Of a DNA stretch of 64,000 nt, positions 1 to 9,755 are shown piece after piece. The translations under genes were made by a program, and so were the position numbers. A model generated the notes under the pieces. The model did not search any database. It saw only the letters and a program-made list of their open reading frames with translations, and was not told the origin of the DNA. How positions within the stretch are numbered: position 1 is the stretch's first letter; each line of letters starts with the position of its first letter. The DNA lies in IMG/VR virus record IMGVR_UViG_3300045971_000577, positions 186,001 to 250,000 of that record; one strand, given 5' to 3'.

Positions 1-192
1 TACACGCAACATCGTACGGAACTCGATCGGGCTGTAAGGCTCTAAAGAAGATTTTATTGTCCACACCTTTATGACATTTTATTGGGTTTTTGGACATGGG
101 TCCCGTATCCTTACAAGGACAAAAAGAATCACCAACGACTGTCAACTGTCTGACATGGTCGTACATATATACCTTATTTAGGTTTATATCCA

Positions 193-873
193 TTATTTGG
201 CTACCTTTTTGCAGTTATCAAAATGCCATCTTTGCATGGCGCCTTTTCCACCCGATTTATCACAATACGGGCATGTATTTATTATCTTCTTGCTACCCAA
301 TAAATGAGATGGCCGGCCCTTTAGCGAATTTGAGCTTCCTTTCTTGGGGCCTGGTTTTCCCTTCTCCTTTATCGGTTTTTCTTTCTTCATTCCTTTGTTC
401 CACGCGTCTTTACCGAACATGGGATTTTTATCTCCCTGTTTTGACTTGGAAATATTATCTCTATGAGTTTCACTTTTAGATATACCCTTACCAAAACCAG
501 CAAGCGTGTTGGATATCTTCTCTCTTGTTTCTGCAGTAACCACATAATTATCATTAGATCTACGGGTGACAGCCTGTTTCTTTCTTGACTCTGCCGATAC
601 TATACGTCCGGCACTTCCTTCGCCACCATCAGTCATATTTCGAAGGATGCCAGTGCCATTATCTTTCCGACCGTACCAGCGGATCATTCTGCGTTCAATA
701 GCAAACGCACCGAGTTCGGTAAGCTTTGTTTCAAGAAAGATTATTCTATTACGATCTTGCGGTACAGCTATACTATGATTTTTAGAGAATGCTCGGCTAT
801 CCTTCCCCTTACCTATGTGATAGGGTGAGAAATCCGCACGAAGATAAGCATAAACATAAAATTCTGTGTTCAT
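193..873 (-). CDS. GIY-YIG-like homing endonuclease with NUMOD3-type repeats
   Basis: N-terminal [15 protein letters not shown] and 'NMTDGGEG' motif; C-terminal 'ETREKIS' repeats; paralogue of 7376-7960. Confidence 0.8.
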   Translation of the reverse strand: MNTEFYVYAYLRADFSPYHIGKGKDSRAFSKNHSIAVPQDRNRIIFLETKLTELGAFAIERRMIRWYGRKDNGTGILRNMTDGGEGSAGRIVSAESRKKQAVTRRSNDNYVVTAETREKISNTLAGFGKGISKSETHRDNISKSKQGDKNPMFGKDAWNKGMKKEKPIKEKGKPGPKKGSSNSLKGRPSHLLGSKKIINTCPYCDKSGGKGAMQRWHFDNCKKVAK

Positions 874-880
874 AATCTAT

Positions 881-914
881 TATTTATCACCCGCAGCGTG
901 TGTATCGATAAATA
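881..914. promoter_or_regulatory. Back-to-back late-promoter-like GATAAATA boxes (881-888 minus, 907-914 plus)
   Basis: GATAAATA lies a few nt upstream of each of the divergent ATGs at 873 and 920; resembles the T4 late promoter TATAAATA. Confidence 0.6.
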
Positions 915-919
915 TCATT

Positions 920-1291
920 ATGATAAAATTAGACGAAATTCAATCAAAGTTCCCCTTCCTTAGCGGGTTAAAGTGCCTTACTCACGAGTATATTGGCATC
1001 ATTCAGAACTCTGACGATAAAATTATAAGTTTCTACGATTATGAATCGATTAGGACGCCAGAAGAAAAGAAGCTCTTCTTAGAGTATGGCGAAATTTGGT
1101 GGTGGGAGAGTAATAGACTTCTGCCTATCAACATCTTTATGCAGGGCCAAATGGTCCCGTTTAGGTATTGTCTCAAGACAATGGTCAATAAAGATGTAGA
1201 GATTATGTTTGGTTCGGTAACAAGCCTAAACAACATAATGAAGAAGCGTATTAAGAAACGACAGATTCAGCTAGTAAGACGGCAGGACTAG
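920..1291 (+). CDS. Conserved hypothetical phage protein
   Basis: ORF; probable start MIKLDEIQ at 920, just after GATAAATA. Confidence 0.7.
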   Translation: MIKLDEIQSKFPFLSGLKCLTHEYIGIIQNSDDKIISFYDYESIRTPEEKKLFLEYGEIWWWESNRLLPINIFMQGQMVPFRYCLKTMVNKDVEIMFGSVTSLNNIMKKRIKKRQIQLVRRQD

Positions 1292-1460
1292 ATTCTTCAA
1301 ATTCAATACTGGCGTATTCAAATTGTGCGCCCATAAGACGAAAGATAACCAAGTCTGATTCGTCTACAGTTACATTTTCGCAGCCATTTGAATGATAGAG
1401 TTTGCGAACTCTATCAAAATCACATATTATGAAATTCTCTTTCACACATTTATAAGTCAT
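1251..1460 (-). CDS. Hypothetical protein
   Basis: ORF coupled (ATGA overlap) to the upstream polymerase-like gene. Confidence 0.55.
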   Translation of the reverse strand: MTYKCVKENFIICDFDRVRKLYHSNGCENVTVDESDLVIFRLMGAQFEYASIEFEESSPAVLLAESVVS

Positions 1461-2050
1461 TCTTGTGACATTTTCTCAACAAGTAGATTTAGGTGGACAA
1501 TAATGGCCAGAGAGTAGGATATAGAATGGCTTCTTTTGAAAAAGTAAGCATCATCGCCCTCGACCTTTACCCACACATCTTTGCGAATTCTATCCCAGTC
1601 ATGCCGCTGTAGGTATGCTTTTGCTGGGCGCATAATCGCCAAAATCATAGCTAAATCCTCGACCGACTTAGGCTTGTATCGCTGTAGTAGGTCGCTATGC
1701 CCTTTGAGGTGGAATAACTGGTCAGTTATCTCTTCGTATTCAAAGAAATCCCAAGGTGGTTCTTTATTTAGAAGGTCAAGTAGATGCTGCTCGCTCCTAA
1801 CACCTTCATACATGTTTACATTCAAGAAGTCAATCTTAAAATATCCATAATCCTTGGCAATACGGTGATCAATCGTAGAAATGTTTGTTACAGGATCGCG
1901 TGGAATATTCTGAAAATAGATAGCCGTATTATGCTTATCATATTTGTTATCAGCACGGTCAATGCGGCCAACAACATGCTCCAATCCTTGCAAGATTTTA
2001 TCTCTATTGTAGACGTCAAGATCAACGTCGGTGATTACCTTTTTAGACAT
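1457..2050 (-). CDS. Miniature DNA polymerase III alpha (DnaE)-like catalytic core
   Basis: TDVDLD (PDIDxD-like), GYFKIDFLN, LAMILAIMRP and FKRSHSISY match C-family polymerase motifs; only 197 aa. Confidence 0.7.
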   Translation of the reverse strand: MSKKVITDVDLDVYNRDKILQGLEHVVGRIDRADNKYDKHNTAIYFQNIPRDPVTNISTIDHRIAKDYGYFKIDFLNVNMYEGVRSEQHLLDLLNKEPPWDFFEYEEITDQLFHLKGHSDLLQRYKPKSVEDLAMILAIMRPAKAYLQRHDWDRIRKDVWVKVEGDDAYFFKRSHSISYSLAIIVHLNLLVEKMSQE

Positions 2051-2270
2051 CGTTTTCTTCTTTTTGTATCTTCTGTTCTACCAAAGTTTTGTATCGCGGG
2101 ATTCCAAATGTCAACGAAAATAGCATTGCTGCATCTTCGTTTTCGAAAGTTATTATGTGCCTATGCCAGTCCCATGAGAATTCATTATATAGGCTGTTAT
2201 TTCTGAGCCAATCATTTATTAGCTCCATTGGCACATTATCGGGAATTTTAAATGATACTGGTATAATCAT
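2043..2270 (-). CDS. Hypothetical protein
   Basis: ORF; '...FENEDAAMLFSLTF' tail shared with other small ORFs. Confidence 0.6.
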   Translation of the reverse strand: MIIPVSFKIPDNVPMELINDWLRNNSLYNEFSWDWHRHIITFENEDAAMLFSLTFGIPRYKTLVEQKIQKEENDV

Positions 2271-2334
2271 GCCGGCTACGGAATATAAGGTGCGTGGAAT
2301 ACGCCGATATCGTATATGATCTTCCCACGAAATC

Positions 2335-2553
2335 CTACTTTATACTGTGTTTTATCTCTTTTTGAAAAGCGAGCTTGAAGGCGATATAATCTTCTTCGTT
2401 TCGAAACTCATATGTTGTACTAGGTGCTCCACGACCATTGAACATGCCGCCAAGACCTGTGATTGCATGCATTACAGCACCATTGGTAGCAATCCAATGC
2501 ATAAGCTCGGTGTAAGTAATACGCCATTCGAGAATGTCAATAATCATCGTCAA
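2335..2553 (-). CDS. Hypothetical protein
   Basis: ORF; '...FRNEEDYIAFKLAF' tail. Confidence 0.6.
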   Translation of the reverse strand: MTMIIDILEWRITYTELMHWIATNGAVMHAITGLGGMFNGRGAPSTTYEFRNEEDYIAFKLAFQKEIKHSIK

Positions 2554-2728
2554 CCTTTATAGTGCGTCTCTCTGACTTATCAAATGTCAGCTTGAACATT
2601 AGAAAATCTTTAGAAGGGATGCTGAATTTTGTAATAGAAACTCTTCTTACAGGCACATTATTATTATGACACCAAAACATAAGCGATTGGTGCGAGATGT
2701 CCCAATACAATAGGTCAATAAGAGTCAT
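2537..2728 (-). CDS. Hypothetical protein
   Basis: ORF; '...KDFLMFKLTF' tail. Confidence 0.55.
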   Translation of the reverse strand: MTLIDLLYWDISHQSLMFWCHNNNVPVRRVSITKFSIPSKDFLMFKLTFDKSERRTIKVDDDY

Positions 2729-2933
2729 CTTCTTCTATTTCGTTTAGCATCTTCTGCCAATTTGAGTGATTACGTTCGAGGCATACTTTATTATCGCAAA
2801 GAGCGACACTTGTATCTCTAAACCAGTGTGTGGCAGGATTCGTACGACACATATCACACTTACCCTCTGGGCCACTCCATCCCTTCGTGATAGTTCCTGC
2901 TGTTCTGCCCTTTGTTCTATGAGTTTTGGTCAT
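2715..2933 (-). CDS. Small Cys-rich (Zn-binding-like) protein
   Basis: CxxC...C...C pattern; overlaps neighbouring genes. Confidence 0.5.
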   Translation of the reverse strand: MTKTHRTKGRTAGTITKGWSGPEGKCDMCRTNPATHWFRDTSVALCDNKVCLERNHSNWQKMLNEIEEDDSY

Positions 2934-3628
2934 AGTCCTGCCTGCTCCAAAATATTTCTTATATATTCTACATCATCCGGATTCTTCTTGAACTTTTTCA
3001 TCCAATATCCGGGATCGATGATAGTGCCTATCATCTTAGCATGGTCTTCATTGAATCGGTCCATTAGATCCCCGCCGTTCGCTGAAAGATATAACACCCA
3101 TGGGCTAATCTTACCTGTTCTTATAAAATGCGCGGCTTCGTTTGCTGATATAGTGTTAAAGAAATGGTTAAATGGCGAACCATTCTTTTCAGCCCACGCA
3201 ATTATTTCTACAATGCTACGATCGGTAGCACTGACCGCTGGTTCTTTCTTGACTAGGTCTTCGACGTATAGTTCGTATACGGAATCTTTTGTCCAGTCTT
3301 TTAGTTTGACGCCATTCTTGATAACGAATTCAATATATTGATCGATATGCACTGGCTTGAGCAGTGCAAGATGATTTCCAAACTTTACAAAGTCAATGTA
3401 ATACTGACTATTGATAAATTCGTCTAAGGTCTTTGGTTTCTTAGCGTTGGTAGAGATTGTATAAAATTTCTGGAATGTCAGAAATCCAATCCGTGGGCCT
3501 GCCGCATTTGCATCATTATGGCGCTGTTTCTTCACGCACATATGCGAGGTAAGAGTTTTTTCTTGGTGAAACTGTTTACCACAAAACTTGCATTGATGAT
3601 CTTGGAGCATTTTTTTCTTGGCTAACAA
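2930..3628 (-). CDS. Hypothetical protein with N-terminal C2H2 zinc finger
   Basis: CKFCGKQFHQEKTLTSHMC motif. Confidence 0.75.
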   Translation of the reverse strand: MLAKKKMLQDHQCKFCGKQFHQEKTLTSHMCVKKQRHNDANAAGPRIGFLTFQKFYTISTNAKKPKTLDEFINSQYYIDFVKFGNHLALLKPVHIDQYIEFVIKNGVKLKDWTKDSVYELYVEDLVKKEPAVSATDRSIVEIIAWAEKNGSPFNHFFNTISANEAAHFIRTGKISPWVLYLSANGGDLMDRFNEDHAKMIGTIIDPGYWMKKFKKNPDDVEYIRNILEQAGL

Positions 3629-3630
3629 TG

Positions 3631-4224
3631 TTAGGACCCTTTGAATATTTCCTTTATAGTTTTATCATCGTACCCATTGTCAATGAAAAACTGCTTCAGG
3701 TCATCCTGTGTATTTATTTGTATCAAAAGTTCAAGATCAGAATCCTTAAGTAAAGGAAAGAACGTCAATAATGCTTCCTCTAACCTGTTTTTTACAGCAC
3801 CCTTCGGCGGCTTCATAAACTTACGTTGTGGACTCTTTCCTGTTCCACACAATGCAAGCAACATCCACTGCAACTCTTTGTGCCCCTCGATGCCCAACGT
3901 CTTCTTCTGTACAAGACACGAGAAGTTATTATTGACGAAATCGTTGATGGAGAGCAAGTAATGCGGTTGTTCGCGATCAGATACAGCAGAAGTCATCCAG
4001 CGCATCAATAGCCAGGGCTCGATGCTTACCTTTTCTTCGGAAGTCATCTTACTGAAATAAAACTTATCTCTGCGATCTAAGGCTGGAAGAACTTGCCTGA
4101 ATAGATCAAGCTTATACGTCTTTGCCTTTGTATCTTCTTCGACCGCGTCAATATCAGGATTTAGATCGTGAAAACCTGCTAGCCAGTCGCCAACTTCATT
4201 ACTCAAAGAGTGCTCCAATATCAA
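3631..4224 (-). CDS. Putative clamp-loader small subunit-like (gp62-like) protein
   Basis: PWLLMRWMTS...HKELQWMLL resembles gp62-like proteins; replication context. Confidence 0.4.
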   Translation of the reverse strand: MILEHSLSNEVGDWLAGFHDLNPDIDAVEEDTKAKTYKLDLFRQVLPALDRRDKFYFSKMTSEEKVSIEPWLLMRWMTSAVSDREQPHYLLSINDFVNNNFSCLVQKKTLGIEGHKELQWMLLALCGTGKSPQRKFMKPPKGAVKNRLEEALLTFFPLLKDSDLELLIQINTQDDLKQFFIDNGYDDKTIKEIFKGS

Positions 4225-4702
4225 TAATGTCGGGAAGCTTGTTCACTTCCTTGACAAACAATACACAATTAGGGAACGGCTTATCTTCAACAGGAACCAC
4301 AAGAATATTGCCATTCTTCAGCTTCGGGAAATACCACTTCACTTCAGCGTACACATTTGTGATATTGATTTGTTGTGGTCTCGGAACCATATGACGCAAC
4401 GGATTGAATACCATTGTGTGAAATCCGCGATCATTCAAACTTGTTAGCGGCATCACTTCCAAATCGCTGTAGTCTTCGTCGCATACAAGGATGGACCAAT
4501 CTAGCGGCATTTGTACTTTCCATTCACCAATCTCAAGAACTACCGCTGGTGCATAAAAGCTTTCTAGGAAGATGAGCGGAATAAAGAAATAGTCAGGATT
4601 CTTTGGATCAGAATAATCTAAGACGCAATATCTAATGTCTTCGATTTCATTAGGTATCTTATCTAAATCATATGATTCGTTTGCGTTAGTTAAAATTTTG
4701 AT
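4199..4702 (-). CDS. Conserved hypothetical protein, probably ATC-initiated
   Basis: Frame stays open 64 codons upstream of ATG 4510, to ATC at 4702; GAGGTG Shine-Dalgarno (SD) 5 nt upstream; in-frame TGA further up. Confidence 0.6.
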   Translation of the reverse strand: MKILTNANESYDLDKIPNEIEDIRYCVLDYSDPKNPDYFFIPLIFLESFYAPAVVLEIGEWKVQMPLDWSILVCDEDYSDLEVMPLTSLNDRGFHTMVFNPLRHMVPRPQQINITNVYAEVKWYFPKLKNGNILVVPVEDKPFPNCVLFVKEVNKLPDIIDIGALFE

Positions 4703-4731
4703 TTTAGCACCTCAAAAAGGTAAATAGTTAT

Positions 4732-5562
4732 ATGACAATATTTATAAACAACAAATATACTAAATGGTATAATAACATTATCTCTACTGCTAAGTCAAGA
4801 ATTTCAACCGGATATGTAGAGGTACATCATATAATACCGAAGGCAGTGGGTGGTCTAAATTGTGATTCTAACCTGGTCAGACTAACTGCCAGAGAACATT
4901 TTATATGCCATTTATTATTGCCAAAGATGCTCGATAATCCATACAAGTCAAAAATGAGATTTGCATTATGGATGTTAACTAACGGTAAAAATTCATTTCA
5001 GCAAAGATATAAATGTAATTCAAAAATTTACGAAATTGTAAAGAAGGAATATGCAATAGCATCTTCGGAGTTACATAAAAATAAAATATTATCGCAGGAA
5101 ACCAAAGATAAAATTTCTAAGGCACACAAGGGTAAGAAATTATCAGAAGAACATAAAGAAAAAATAAATCCAAAAGGTAGAATTTTATCGCAAGAAACTA
5201 AAGATAAAATTTCAAATAGCAATAAAGGTAAAATCGGTATTATGACCGGTAAAACACATTCGCAAGAAACTAAAGATAAAATTTCAAATAGCAATAAAGG
5301 TAAGATAAGAGCTAAATTATCCGAAGAAAGAAAACTACAAATCTCTAAACAATTTTCCGGAACTACACAATCTGAAGAACACAAAACAAAGAGATTATCT
5401 TCAAGGCAATCAAACGGATATTATAAAAATGAGGCTGAGACAAAAGCAAAAATGTCAACAGCAGCAAAGAATCGACTAAAATACACATGTCATTGTGGGA
5501 AAGAATGCACTGCCGCTAATTATAAAAGATGGCACGGAGAAAAGTGTAAACTACCTAGTTAG
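4732..5562 (+). CDS. HNH homing endonuclease with NUMOD3 repeats
   Basis: EVHHIIPK..GG.N..SNLVRLTAREHFICHLLL; SQETKDKIS repeats; AT-rich; antisense to neighbours. Confidence 0.85.
   Translation: MTIFINNKYTKWYNNIISTAKSRISTGYVEVHHIIPKAVGGLNCDSNLVRLTAREHFICHLLLPKMLDNPYKSKMRFALWMLTNGKNSFQQRYKCNSKIYEIVKKEYAIASSELHKNKILSQETKDKISKAHKGKKLSEEHKEKINPKGRILSQETKDKISNSNKGKIGIMTGKTHSQETKDKISNSNKGKIRAKLSEERKLQISKQFSGTTQSEEHKTKRLSSRQSNGYYKNEAETKAKMSTAAKNRLKYTCHCGKECTAANYKRWHGEKCKLPS
5190..5303 (+). repeat. Internal ~42-bp direct repeats encoding NUMOD3 units
   Basis: gcaagaaactaaagataaaatttcaaatagcaataaaggtaa occurs twice, 72 bp apart. Confidence 0.8.
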
Positions 5563-5937
5563 TCCAATTTTCTTTCGGTGTTCTTGCCACCCTTTTTCCA
5601 TTTCTTCATTACTCTTTCGCATAACATATTGCCCAATGGGAATCATCTGCGGTTCTACCTTACAACGAATCAAAAAATCACACAACATATTTTCAAATCC
5701 AAGATGCTTGAAAGATAGTGATGTAATAGATAGTGCAGTATCTGAATTATCTTCATATGTAATTCTTGTATACTGTCTCCCTACAGTAATTTTCGATTCC
5801 TTACCCGGCGCAATAGCTTCTGCACGTTCCATTTCGAAGTAATATGGTTCAAACTTCAATACCAAACTATTTGCTTGAGCAAATATCTGAAGTAGTGGAA
5901 GATATCCCCACGATATTTGCGTATTAACAACGGTCAT
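5551..5937 (-). CDS. Hypothetical protein
   Basis: ORF coupled to the helicase stop (TAATG). Confidence 0.55.
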   Translation of the reverse strand: MTVVNTQISWGYLPLLQIFAQANSLVLKFEPYYFEMERAEAIAPGKESKITVGRQYTRITYEDNSDTALSITSLSFKHLGFENMLCDFLIRCKVEPQMIPIGQYVMRKSNEEMEKGWQEHRKKIGLTR

Positions 5938-7400
5938 TAGTAATTCACTTTCGTAATACTGTATGGATATTGTGCTTCTGCATAGAACTTCTTTCTCTTT
6001 GTAAGATGTCGCTTGGAGAATTTACAATTCGAACACACGTCATACACGTTCACAAAATCCTTATCTGGCGCAACTCTAATACCTCTACCAATACTCTGAA
6101 TGACACGCACAAAACTCTTGCCTGCTTCAAACAATACTAGATTATAGATACGAACGATATTGATACCAGTTGATGCTACACCATATGTAGCAATAATGAT
6201 TTTGCCGTCTACTTCCTGAACTTCTTTATACTCGGCCTTTCTATCTTTCGACTTCATCTTACCGGAAACGAAGATCGCGTCTGGTATAAGCGATTGTAAC
6301 TTTTCGCCAGTCTCAATGCGATCTACCAAAATGAGTGTGCTGCCGGATTCCGCCATGGCCCCAATCTGCTTCGCTAAGAACTTCAATCTAATTTGATTCG
6401 TTGTCAACCACTTTAATTCTGATTGATAGTTATCAAATGCAGCTTCACCTAAATCGTTTAGTTGCCACACATTCACATGTAATTGTGCAAGAATGCCCTT
6501 GTCTTGCAATTCTTTTGTGTTGATTTTTCCAAGCAACGGTCCGATACATGCAATAACTGCTGTCTTTTCGAGATCTTCTTCGGGCATTGTTCCTGTAAGG
6601 CCCCATCGAATTGGAGCATTAGCCAAATAGCTCGATAATAGCTTTCTCAATACATCGGCTTTCGCCTTGTGTACTTCGTCCACAATGACGCACACCACGT
6701 CGTCGAAGAAAACGTTTATATCTATTTCTAACTCTTCCTCTTTCGAACGCTTTGAAAGGCTTTCCAAACTTTGCCATGTGCAGATAGTATGTTTACGTTG
6801 ATAGTCTTTTCTGTCACCGAAGAATACACCTACATCTAGTCCAAGATTGATATAATCTTCTTCGGTTTGTGTAACTAGGTCTTTAGTTGGAACAATAACA
6901 ATAGTGCGTCCATACGGCTGAACTTTATGGCTAAGAATAGCCGTTATCAGCGTTTTTCCAGATCCCGTAGGAGCAATATTGATACCATTTAGATTCTCGA
7001 GGTACGAATTGATTACATCGAGTTGGTGATCCTTGATAACGATCGGTTGACCGGCAAGTGGATGACCTACTGGCCAACCAATATGCGAATAGCTATCTTC
7101 TTTTACTTTCTCAAATTCAAACGAATGTTCGAATCGATTATCGTCGATTTCAATTTCGTACCCTTGCGCCTGCACAATGGGTAGCATCTTATCGAGTAGG
7201 TTGATATAGCTGCGACCACCGATGTCTGCAAAGCTCATCATACCATTCCAGCGTCCCAACTTGTAACTTGGAGAGTATCTGGCTGCAGGGATAAAGAACT
7301 CCAACGATTCTACTAACTTACGCCGTGTTACCACATCGAGATCGTGAAAGCGAATATTCACTTCGTCTAATATTTCTAATCTTGCTTTTTGCATTGCCAT
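5937..7400 (-). CDS. uvsW: SF2 DNA helicase, UvsW-like
   Basis: [18 protein letters not shown] and QSIGRGIR motifs; next to UvsY/UvsX. Confidence 0.9.
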   Translation of the reverse strand: MAMQKARLEILDEVNIRFHDLDVVTRRKLVESLEFFIPAARYSPSYKLGRWNGMMSFADIGGRSYINLLDKMLPIVQAQGYEIEIDDNRFEHSFEFEKVKEDSYSHIGWPVGHPLAGQPIVIKDHQLDVINSYLENLNGINIAPTGSGKTLITAILSHKVQPYGRTIVIVPTKDLVTQTEEDYINLGLDVGVFFGDRKDYQRKHTICTWQSLESLSKRSKEEELEIDINVFFDDVVCVIVDEVHKAKADVLRKLLSSYLANAPIRWGLTGTMPEEDLEKTAVIACIGPLLGKINTKELQDKGILAQLHVNVWQLNDLGEAAFDNYQSELKWLTTNQIRLKFLAKQIGAMAESGSTLILVDRIETGEKLQSLIPDAIFVSGKMKSKDRKAEYKEVQEVDGKIIIATYGVASTGINIVRIYNLVLFEAGKSFVRVIQSIGRGIRVAPDKDFVNVYDVCSNCKFSKRHLTKRKKFYAEAQYPYSITKVNY

Positions 7401-7960
7401 CTCTTTATTGCTGCTTGTCTTATTCGTTCACATTGTTCGGGAGTGCGGGGACCTAATTTCTTACCACTATTCCAGGAAGGTTTTCCTGTAGGTCCAGTTT
7501 TTACTCCGCTATTCCACGACGGCTCGCCGGTTTTTATTCCACTATTCCAAGCCTTCTTTCCGCTATTGGCCTTACTTACCGCCTCTTTTTCTTTATCGGT
7601 TCTTTTTCTACCATACATTCCGTTCTTCTCGCCCTTACGAAGTTCAGAGTTTTGTTTCTTCCATTCATTGGGCGCTTTCCAGCCGGAGGCACCTTCGCCA
7701 CCATCTGTACGATTTTCAAGTATACCTGTTCCTAAATCTTTTCTACCCCACCATGCTATCATTCTGCGCTCAATAGCAAATGCACCTAATTCAGTCAGAT
7801 TATTTTCCAATATGATATTAAGAGATCTATCTTTAGGCCGCTTTGTTCCATAATGTGTTTCCCATGCTCTGAACGCGGAGCCTTTGCCTATGTAATAAGG
7901 TGTTCCTGCCTTTGCTGTGGCAGAATCCTTATAACGAAGATAGGCGTAGACGTAGAACAT
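7376..7960 (-). CDS. GIY-YIG-like homing endonuclease
   Basis: [15 protein letters not shown] and NRTDGGEG; paralogue of 193-873; overlaps the uvsW start. Confidence 0.8.
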   Translation of the reverse strand: MFYVYAYLRYKDSATAKAGTPYYIGKGSAFRAWETHYGTKRPKDRSLNIILENNLTELGAFAIERRMIAWWGRKDLGTGILENRTDGGEGASGWKAPNEWKKQNSELRKGEKNGMYGRKRTDKEKEAVSKANSGKKAWNSGIKTGEPSWNSGVKTGPTGKPSWNSGKKLGPRTPEQCERIRQAAIKRWQCKKQD

Positions 7961-8262
7961 TATTTCAATTCATCTGCTAGATTTGCTAATAAATCAATTG
8001 CCTGACTTAATGCTGCTGGCTCTGTATGGCAGGCATCGCCCAAATGAGGATTACGTGGTTGTAATATTTCATCGATTTTATCTTTCGAAATTTCTTTTTC
8101 AATACCATATATTCCTAAATTATGAACAAAGTACACATAGGTCTTTGCTTCGACATCGAATACCAATGTCACCGGAAAAGATATATTCTTTATAATCAAA
8201 TTCATATTTTGCCTGCCCACGTTATGTTTATTATCGGCGATAGTTAGTGTTGCTGTTGACAT
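7960..8262 (-). CDS. Hypothetical protein
   Basis: Coupled ORF. Confidence 0.5.
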   Translation of the reverse strand: MSTATLTIADNKHNVGRQNMNLIIKNISFPVTLVFDVEAKTYVYFVHNLGIYGIEKEISKDKIDEILQPRNPHLGDACHTEPAALSQAIDLLANLADELK

Positions 8263-8453
8263 TACTGGCTACGAGACTCTTCGTCGAGTTTCCTCCATTT
8301 GGACAACGAGTTCAACGAATCTTTTAAAGATCCTGCAAGTTCAGCAGCCGCGTCGAGATCTCGTGATGTTATTGGTGACCTATTCAAAATCGATTCTATA
8401 GATTTGAATATCTCCAATGAACTACCGTAATCGGTTATATTTTTCAAAGACAT
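8262..8453 (-). CDS. Hypothetical protein
   Basis: Coupled ORF. Confidence 0.5.
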   Translation of the reverse strand: MSLKNITDYGSSLEIFKSIESILNRSPITSRDLDAAAELAGSLKDSLNSLSKWRKLDEESRSQ

Positions 8454-8454
8454 A

Positions 8455-8652
8455 TTATTTCCTTTTTAGAAGTTCTACCTCTTTTGCTATACTATCAATA
8501 ACTCGAAACAGTTCCTTGAAGTATGCTGTTAGTTCCTCTCGTTCCTTAGGTGGCAATGTTGCCATATCGGGTATTCTCTGAAGAACTGGTGTTAGTCTCA
8601 ATAGTTCCATTTTATCTCCTTTATATAGATGCATCGTCCAATCCGGCTGCAC
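8455..8652 (-). CDS. Hypothetical protein
   Basis: ORF; true start may be ATG near 8610 after GGAG. Confidence 0.45.
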   Translation of the reverse strand: MQPDWTMHLYKGDKMELLRLTPVLQRIPDMATLPPKEREELTAYFKELFRVIDSIAKEVELLKRK

Positions 8653-9082
8653 GCAATTTTATGATATGTCCAGTCATAAAGTTTTTCGCTTCTTGAGCCT
8701 TGGATATAGCTAAAAACTTATTTCTAAGTAAAGCCACTTCGTTGATAAGAAGTGTAGAATCCACGATTGTAGAAACACCGTCAACATATTTTTCCGCATC
8801 ACGCGAACTTAATGCCTTATTGTATGCTTCTAGAAATCGTTTGAATTCTATCGACCTATCTTTTCTTAGTTGTATATTTAGGTACTCGAGTATTGCTTCG
8901 ATCTCCTGTAGTTGTGCATATCTATGCTCAACCAAGCCGGGAAGTTCAGCCGCATGCCTTTCTAACGATTTCCCTTTTAGCGATAACTCTAAACGAGCTG
9001 TTTCCAGCTCTTGTTCGAAGTAGTCAATAAATGCGGGTACGTTAGAAAGATCATTTGTTACTTTGTAATACCAGTTACTCAT
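8621..9082 (-). CDS. uvsY: Recombination mediator UvsY-like
   Basis: Helical protein with YLEAYNKALSSRDAEKYVDG-like motif; between UvsX and UvsW. Confidence 0.7.
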   Translation of the reverse strand: MSNWYYKVTNDLSNVPAFIDYFEQELETARLELSLKGKSLERHAAELPGLVEHRYAQLQEIEAILEYLNIQLRKDRSIEFKRFLEAYNKALSSRDAEKYVDGVSTIVDSTLLINEVALLRNKFLAISKAQEAKNFMTGHIIKLRAAGLDDASI

Positions 9083-9218
9083 TCTCTTCTTTCGTGTCGG
9101 ATATACTTATAAGAGGGATATATGGACAATAGAAAAAGCCGACATCGAGCGGGGACGGAGGATATTTCAACCTCCTTACTATTTCCTCGGCTTCGGCGTC
9201 GGTGTTATCTTCGTTCAC
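9075..9218 (-). CDS. 47-aa mini protein with gp23 capsid-like GFFYCPYIPL motif
   Basis: Hand-translated GTG ORF MNEDNTDAEAEEIVRRLKYPPSPLDVGFFYCPYIPL...; overlaps both neighbours. Confidence 0.6.
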   Translation of the reverse strand: MNEDNTDAEAEEIVRRLKYPPSPLDVGFFYCPYIPLISISDTKEENE

Positions 9219-9523
9219 AAATTATGCACTCTTTTCACTGCTAGTTCCATTGCCTGTACCAGAAGTACAGCACGCTGGGTTCTCGACATCAATACTCTCT
9301 TTATCGCCATCGCACGAGGAGGGACACCTAGGTCTTCTGCCAGGGCCTTATGTACCAAGGTCAGATTTGCAGGTTCAGTTATCCAAGTTACGTAGTCGGC
9401 ACCCACAGTCGCATCTCTCATATTATCTCTGAACTGCTGGACTTGCGTCATGACTAACTGAACATCCTTGCTTTTGATAGTTTCGAGTAAGGTCTTCCCA
9501 AACTCAGCGCCAGACTGGCTCAT
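9215..9523 (-). CDS. Hypothetical protein
   Basis: Start MSQSGAEF at 9523 with GGAGG SD. Confidence 0.65.
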   Translation of the reverse strand: MSQSGAEFGKTLLETIKSKDVQLVMTQVQQFRDNMRDATVGADYVTWITEPANLTLVHKALAEDLGVPPRAMAIKRVLMSRTQRAVLLVQAMELAVKRVHNL

Positions 9524-9755
9524 CATCACCCTCCATATCGTCGTCATCTTCGTCCAATGGTTCGGCCAGGTGGCTTCTTGCTGCTGCGCGAAGTTCCTTG
9601 TCCAAATCTTCGTCCAGTAAGTCATCTTCGACGAGACCGAACTCGTCGAAAACAACCACAAGAATATCTGCCACTTCTAATCTCTCTTTTGGAGCAATGT
9701 GGGACTTAACTCTAGCCCATAGTTCCAATAAGAGTTCGTGATTGCTGTTTATCAT
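9504..9755 (-). CDS. Conserved acidic hypothetical protein
   Basis: ORF coupled to the RecA stop. Confidence 0.7.
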   Translation of the reverse strand: MINSNHELLLELWARVKSHIAPKERLEVADILVVVFDEFGLVEDDLLDEDLDKELRAAARSHLAEPLDEDDDDMEGDDEPVWR

